Below are positions 56,960-64,000 of a DNA stretch of 64,000 nt, piece by piece. Made by a program: the position numbers and the translations under genes. A model generated the notes under the pieces. It searched no databases, had not been told where the DNA came from, and saw only the letters and a program-made list of their open reading frames with translations. Source of the stretch: Flaccisagitta enflata (taxonomy: Eukaryota); NCBI GenBank assembly GCA_965153355.1, contig OZ231126.1, positions 12,772,001-12,836,000 of the forward strand, in the 5' to 3' direction. Each line of letters begins with the position of its first letter. Positions within the stretch are counted from its first letter, which is position 1.

Positions 56960-57650
56960 TCACATAGCTCAGAATTTTCCATTGTCAGTCACACCACCCA
57001 GTTTTCTCCAATGTATGTCAAATTACCCAGTTTTCTCCAATGTATGTCGTACAGCCTAGAATTCTCCGATGTATGTCACACCACCCAGTTTTGTCGCATG
57101 TTTGGACACAGCCCAGAAATCTCCAATGTTTGTCACACCACCCAGTTTTCTCCATTGTATGTCACATAGTCCAGAATTCTTCAATGTAAGTTACACCACC
57201 CAATTTTCTCCGCTGTATATCACACAACCCATAAAACTCTGATGTATGTCACACCACCTAGTTTTCTCCGATGCATTTCACACAGCCTAAAATTCTCTGA
57301 TGTATGATAGGTTGAACAATATCCCTTACTATACCCAAACTAAAAAATGTATATGTATGTCACACCACCCTGTTTTTTCTAATGTATGACACACAACCCA
57401 GAATTCTCCAACGTATGCAACGCCACCCACTTTCTGATGTATGTCACACAGCCCAGAATTCTCTGATGTATGACACGCCACCCAATTTTCTTCAATGTAT
57501 GTCACACCACCCAGTTTTCTCCGATACATTTCACACCATTAGATTTTATACAATGTATTTCACACTGCCCAGAATTCTTTGATATATGTCAAACCACCCA
57601 GTCTTCTCCACTGTATGTCACACAGCCCAGAATTCTCTGATGTATGAAAG
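56960..57650. repeat. 29-bp tandem repeat with alternating A/B variants
   Basis: TGTATGTCACACCACCCAGTTTTCTCCAA alternates with TGTATGTCACACAGCCCAGAATTCTCCGA. Confidence 0.85.
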
Positions 57651-58333
57651 TTGAAACAACATTGCCCTTACAAAAGGAGGCCAGAATTTTCCAATTTAGA
57701 AAGGATGAAAGCCTTGCAAGCTTTCAATGGTGTTTACTCCGGATTGCTCACAACTATCCTTTAATAAATACAATAGACAAACAAAATGCTTACCTGACAA
57801 AACTATCAGCTTGACTGCATACCTCACCAGCATAGGGTCGGACAGGCCTATAACATTTAGCATACACAAAATCTCTTACTAAATTAACAATCAAAGATTA
57901 CTAATGTACTGGTGGAAGTACTGACACTAGCAATATTGATTAGAAAACCATACCCTTAGAGGCAAGAATCGGGGTACAACCATTTGGGACCGCCGGCATT
58001 CTATACCAAGGTACTGATACTTATGGAAGTTGAAACAACATTGCCCTTACAAAAGGAGGCCAGAATTCTCCAATTTAGAAAGGATGAAAGCCTTGCAAGC
58101 TTTCAATGGTGTTTACTCCGGATTGCTCACAACTTTCCTTTAATAAATACAATAGACAAACAAAATGCTTACCTGACAAAACTATCAGCTTGACTGCATA
58201 CCTCACCAGCATAGGGTCGGACAGGCCTATACCATTTAGCATACACAAAATCTCTTACTAAATTAACAATCAAAGATTACTAATGTACTGGTGGAAGTAC
58301 TGACACTAGCAATATTGATTAGAAAACCATACC
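57648..58333. repeat. Recent direct duplication (~307 bp, period 379 bp)
   Basis: 57648-57954 is nearly identical to 58027-58333. Confidence 0.92.
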
Positions 58334-58475
58334 ATTAAATTTCCCCTGATGTATGTCACACAGCCCAGTGGTTATGCGCCCTGCAGTTATGAAACCTTAT
58401 AATATGAGCCCGCGGTTATGTGCCCTGTGGTTATGAGCCCCTAGGTTATAAGCCCTTTGGTTATGAGCCCTGTAG

Positions 58476-59480
58476 TAGGCCTTGATCTACAACTTGGAAT
58501 TTCTAAGGCTGAAAGCGGATCTCGCTTTGAAAAAAACTCGCCCCCTGAAGTGTTGACTGTTGTTACAGGCTCTATACGCCACCGATCTAGGCGTTCTTGG
58601 TCTTGTTTGACGGAGATTTGATTTCTCTTGCCGTCGGCTTTAACTAAACATTATTATTTTCTTCTTAGGGGCCCCTAAGGGCCCCCAAAAAAGCCCTTAT
58701 TGAGAATTTTTTTTTTGAAAAAAAAAGTGGGGTGCAATCAATAGGAAATTGTTTGATTTGCCTAGATCCAAAATCTTGTATTTTCACTTTTTTCAAAAAA
58801 CTTAGAAAATTTTTATGTCGCGCGTCAGGGACTTAGAAAAAAAATCACAAAATATTTTTTTGAAAAAGGGTTTTCAAAAGTGGGGTGCAATCAATAGGAA
58901 ATTGTTTGATTTGCCTAGATCCAAAATCCTGCATTTTCATTTTTTTTTTTTCAGAAAACTTAAAAAAAATTTTTGTCGCGCGTCAGGGACTTAGAAAAAA
59001 AATCACAAAATATTTTTTTGAAAAATGTTTTTCAAAAGTGGGGTGCTATCAATAGGAAATTGTTTGATTTGCCTGGATCCAAAATCTTGTATTTCATTTT
59101 TTTTTCAAAAAACTTTGAAATTTTTTTGTGTCGCTCGTCAGGGACTTTGAAAAAAAATAAAAATATTTTTTTGAAAAATGGTTTTCAAAAGTGGGGCGCA
59201 ACTGATAGGAAATTGTTTTATTCGCCTAGATCCAAAACCTGTACAATTACTTTTTTCAAAAAATTTAAAAATTTGATTGGGGGCGAGTTCAAAGAAAAAA
59301 CGGAAAAAAAGAACGTCGGTTTTCTCTTTTACTTTTTAATTATGAAAAAGGCCATAACTTCTAAACTATTGATGCGATTGTCCTGAAATTTGAAATACTA
59401 GCTGACGTCATGCTTCTCGACGTACAAGCTTAAAATCTTTATTGTGAAGCGTCGTAAAGTTGGACGCACTTCTTTGCCTA
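58476..59480. mobile_element. Non-autonomous element with TAGGC...GCCTA ends, 7-bp TSD and internal ~155-bp tandem repeats (hAT-like)
   Basis: CCTGTAG at 58469-58475 and 59481-59487. About four internal units are marked by AAAAGTGGGG(T/C)GC near 58728, 58880, 59038 and 59191. It splits a 20-bp GGTTATGAGCCC array. Confidence 0.72.
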
Positions 59481-61224
59481 CCTGTAGTTATGAGCCCTTA
59501 GGTTATGAGCTCCACGGTTTTGAGCCCCATTGTAACGAGCCCCGCAGTTATAAGCCCCGCAGTTATCAGCCCCGCAGTTATCAGCCCCACGGTTATCAGC
59601 CCCACAGTTATGAGGTTAGGCTGTAGGGTCGCCCACAGGCGGCCAATATACATAAAACAGGTTTGTCGGTGTATTGATATTGAATGTTTTATTCTAATCA
59701 TTGCATTATCAATTCATGCTCAATCAAATTATCGAGGAACACATTATGGCGAACGCCACTTTTGGTCATCGAAGGCGGATGTGGATGTGAGGATTAGGGG
59801 GCTGTTTTCCAGCCTGGAAAGTACATTTGAGGTCTAGAAGGCAGATTTTGACCTCCTGAACACCGACAATACAACCCCTGCTCATACGGATCACCTGCCC
59901 ATTTGGATGACTGCTCCTGCCGACCCGCAAGCGACTTCTCATTGGCTGTTTATCCTGCCTAGTTTATGTTTGGTTACATTCAAAACCAACAGACGCCAAA
60001 ACTTAATTCCAAAACTAACAAAAGAACAAGACAATCACAACAAAAACAAACAGACCGACGAACCTATAGACCGACAACGCGGGGTGTAGAGTCACGTAGC
60101 ACGCGACTAGAAATTCCTTAGTCCCCTGAAATCCGTTGGAGCGGGGTTTAACTGTATGTCAATCTTTAGTCGAGTGAACGCGCTTCTAGAAGCTGCTATG
60201 TCGGTTTGTCTGTCAGTCTGGAACAAAAACAAATAAAAGCCTTTTTACTATTGCTCATGGTCATTTAAGCCATTTTGAATGTAAAATAAATCATTTAAAA
60301 ATGATTCGAGTCATTTGAAGTCAATTTTGTTACCTCTAATTTGCATCATGTCGGTCAAAAAAGTTGTCTGGTACTACAGTTGTTGTTATATCAAGCGATC
60401 ACTACCCGTGCTTAATTCTGTGGTCGCTGCCTTCTAATTGAGAGCAAGCATGCCTAGAATATGCACAATTGAACATAACTATTTTGAAGATGTGAAAGAT
60501 AAGTAGTATGAAGGTAGGTATATCTAGATAGTTCTAAAAACTAGTCATCCAAGGATCGCACATAGTCAGCGGTACCCGATGCCCAGCTTGGAGTGATCAA
60601 CTGAAGAAGCGGTGTGAGAGCAGGGCAGAGTCAACTGGACAAAACGACCTTACTTCCTTTCCCACTTTCTTTCCACTCCCATTCCTTCTTCCTTCTTTCT
60701 TTCTGTCTTTTTTGTTCTTTTCTTTCCTTTTCTTTTTCTTTTTTTTTGTTTCTTTCTTTCTTTGTTTATTTCTTTGTTTCTTTGTTTCTTTCTTTTTTTC
60801 TTTCTTTCTTTCTTTTTTTCTTTCTTTCTTACTTTCTTTCTTTCATTCTTTGTTTCTTTCATTCTTTTTTCTTCCTATCTTTCTTTCCTACTCTGTAAAA
60901 CCTTTTTTTTTTCAGTCCCATAATTTTTTTTTATCAGCTTCTTTACCATCTTTTTTTTTTAATGTACCATGCTATCTATGTCCGACTGCCATCTGTGTCC
61001 GACTCTAGGGGCGTCAGCTGACGCCCCTGACGCCCCTCCTCCTACGCCGCTGGCTCTTATTTGGCCCCCAAAACTTACTCTTACTGAGGTGGTATAGGAG
61101 GAAATTGTCCATCTGCTTCTTCTGGTGCACGAACAGTTCTAAATTCTGTAGGACTTACCGAATATTTACGACTTATCTGTTCCTCTGTTCGTCTTTCTAA
61201 TAACCTCTGTTTGACTATCTGTCA

Positions 61225-61340
<116 letters not shown>

Positions 61341-61560
61341 CAAGGGGGTAAGTTGACCTTTTGGTTGGCTACTTCATAAAATGAATGATTAAGGATCAAA
61401 GAAAGTTTTAACAGTTTTTTAATAATTGCATCATTGCATAACCTCAAGCAGAAGATAGAATGTAAAATGCTCCTTGAATACTCGTTTACAGTTTTAGTGA
61501 AAATTTACGTATAGTAGAAATAAGCACAGGAAAATAGCAAAGTAAATTAAAAAAAAGAAA

Positions 61561-61979
61561 ATGAGTGATCGGAACAGAAAGGTAGAGGAAGGGGAAGAGG
61601 AAGAGGAAGAAGAAGAAATCGCGCCGGAGAACAACACGGTAAATGAAAGCGTAAACAGAAAAAGACGAGGGCAGACGGAATCGGGGATAAAAGAAAAGAG
61701 ATCAGAAAGTGAAGGGGTTGGCGGAAGAGATGTCGGCGGCAGTTCAATGGCAGAAGCTCCGCACGTCAGCGGCGTCGGCGTTGTCGGCGGCGGCAGTTCG
61801 ATGGCGTTGTCGGCGGCGGCAGCTCTCACCGGTCCGCGCTCAATGATGAAAGGATCTTCGGGAGCGGGAGGAACACCGAAAGGCCACGTAGACGTCTCTA
61901 AAATCCCAGATCCCAAGGGGAATAATGCTGGAAGTTCGGGAAGTGGCGGTTCGTCAAATCTTCTTATCTTTCTGACGAC
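61561..61979 (+). CDS. Possible coding exon (low-complexity E/G/S-rich), perhaps upstream of the 63089 exon; strand uncertain
   Basis: GC-rich unique island with ATG at 61561 and an open frame (MSDRNRKVEEGEEEE...GSSGSGGSSNLL). The antisense frame is also open (Pro-rich, repeated AIELPP). No strong phase-1 donor was identified. Confidence 0.4.
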
Positions 61980-61997
61980 GTATCTATCTATCTATCG

Positions 61998-62085
<88 letters not shown>

Positions 62086-62360
62086 GGCCTGAAATGATAC
62101 TCTCCACTTAGTCTTCGGATACAATAGATGGGAAAGTGTAGGATCCCTACGTGATTCTTTCGTTTACAAATCATTAGTTGTATCAAAAAACAAGTTTGAT
62201 GCGTCGCTGTTGTCTCACAGCAATCCTATAATTTCTCATCTTGCGCGCCATATTGAAGTTGAGTCTGAATAACTCGTTGCTTTTGGTAGTTTGTAGATGA
62301 TCGTTGATTTGTATGATTCTGTCTCTTAATTGATGACGAATCAAAAGAAACAAGGCCGTA

Positions 62361-62934
62361 CAGTAGATGTCATCTAGACTTGGAAATACGGGGGAATTCA
62401 TTCCAGGTAGACAAATAAACTTAAACGACTGATATTTGGAATATAGACTAGTAAAAGGATGCTTTATTGCCCATGGGTGTTGGTTGCCATGGAAACACAT
62501 TTCCATGTATTCACGCTAAAGTATCAATATTTTGAGAAATTTTTTGAGGGACCATTGATTAAAATAAAATTTGCTACAACTTTCCCACAATATGTTCTGT
62601 AAGAATATCGCTCGTTGGGCGGTTGCTAGGGGGCATCACAGGGCTGTCACACATAGTTACGCTCCCTAGCAACGGCTAAACGAGCAATATTCTTACGGAA
62701 CATATTGTGGGAAAGTTGTAGCAAATTTTATTTTAAACAATGTTCCCTCAAAAAATTTCTCAAAATATTGATACTTTAGCGTGGATACATGGAAATGTGT
62801 TTCCATGGCAACCATCACCCATGGGCAATAAAGCATCCTTTTATTGGTCTATGTTTCAAATATCAGTCTCCTAAGTATATTTGTCTTCCTGTAATGAATT
62901 CCCCCGTATTTCCAAGTCTAGACGACATTTACTG
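62361..62934. mobile_element. Near-perfect foldback MITE with TA TSD
   Basis: TA|CAGTAGATGTCATCTAGACTTGGAAATACGGGGGAATTC... arms of roughly 270 bp around a short spacer ...CTAGACGACATTTACTG|TA. Confidence 0.9.
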
Positions 62935-63088
62935 TATACACGAGCCGAAGTCGCGTGCAGCAACGCAGCAATGCAAAAACTGCCCGTTAAGCCGAAAAAG
63001 CTAACGGAGACCGACGGACGGACCGACCGACCGACCGACGGATATAGCGGGTTGTCTTTCTACCTTTCATATAAAAACCTTCTTGCAG

Positions 63089-63319
63089 GGGACGAAGAGC
63101 ATAAACCAAAAGTCTCTGTTGAAGGATTAGGAAAATTGATTTGGGGCAACACCGGAGCTGTTACCGACGATGAAATCTTTGAAGAAATCCTTGGAGAAAT
63201 AATCAACGACGAAGTCGTCAACAACGACGACGACGACGTCGTTATGGAGACGCCTAACGGGGAAACGACGACGTTTTCGATGGCAACGAACAGCCGACCC
63301 CTCGACGATTTTTCCCAAC
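63089..63319 (+). CDS. Internal exon of an unidentified acidic protein
   Basis: Acceptor cttcttgcAG and donor c|GTGAGT; 231 nt, phase 1-1, open frame GDEEHKPKVSVEGLGKLIWGNTGAVTDDEIFEEILGEIINDEVVNNDDDDVVMETPNGETTTFSMATNSRPLDDFSQ. It is a GC-richer island between repeats. No family recognised. Confidence 0.7.
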
Positions 63320-63334
63320 GTGAGTGTTTGTAGC

Positions 63335-64000
<666 letters not shown>

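Overview
Repeat-dense, AT-rich eukaryotic DNA, most likely from an invertebrate animal, dominated by long microsatellites and non-autonomous transposons. Most ORFs in the supplied track are artefacts of simple or tandem repeats. Supportable content: (1) one clear internal exon of a CDK4/6-type kinase (minus strand, 21129-21270) with the conserved intron positions and phases, whose 3' end plus splice donor is tandemly re-duplicated into the intron; (2) an ~8.6-kb internally deleted BEL/Pao LTR retrotransposon (minus strand, ~30835-39424) lacking RT/RNase H, carrying an unusually long N-terminal and Q-rich Gag extension, and sitting in a (CAT)n tract; (3) a 6.5-kb GC-rich, almost CpG-free 31-bp satellite (43580-50078) with a 1433-bp higher-order duplication and a Helentron-like insertion; (4) many MITE/foldback elements with TA, 4-, 7- or 9-bp target duplications, two groups of HINE/DINE-1-like elements and a decayed Tc1 transposase; (5) a plus-strand symmetric exon of an unidentified acidic protein (63089-63319) with a possible upstream exon; (6) candidate regulatory DNA, namely a palindrome array with TATA/Inr at ~56.0-56.4 kb and a CCAAT cluster at ~17.6 kb. 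I found no CRISPR, rRNA or tRNA genes and no system I can claim is truly new. The best leads are listed as findings.
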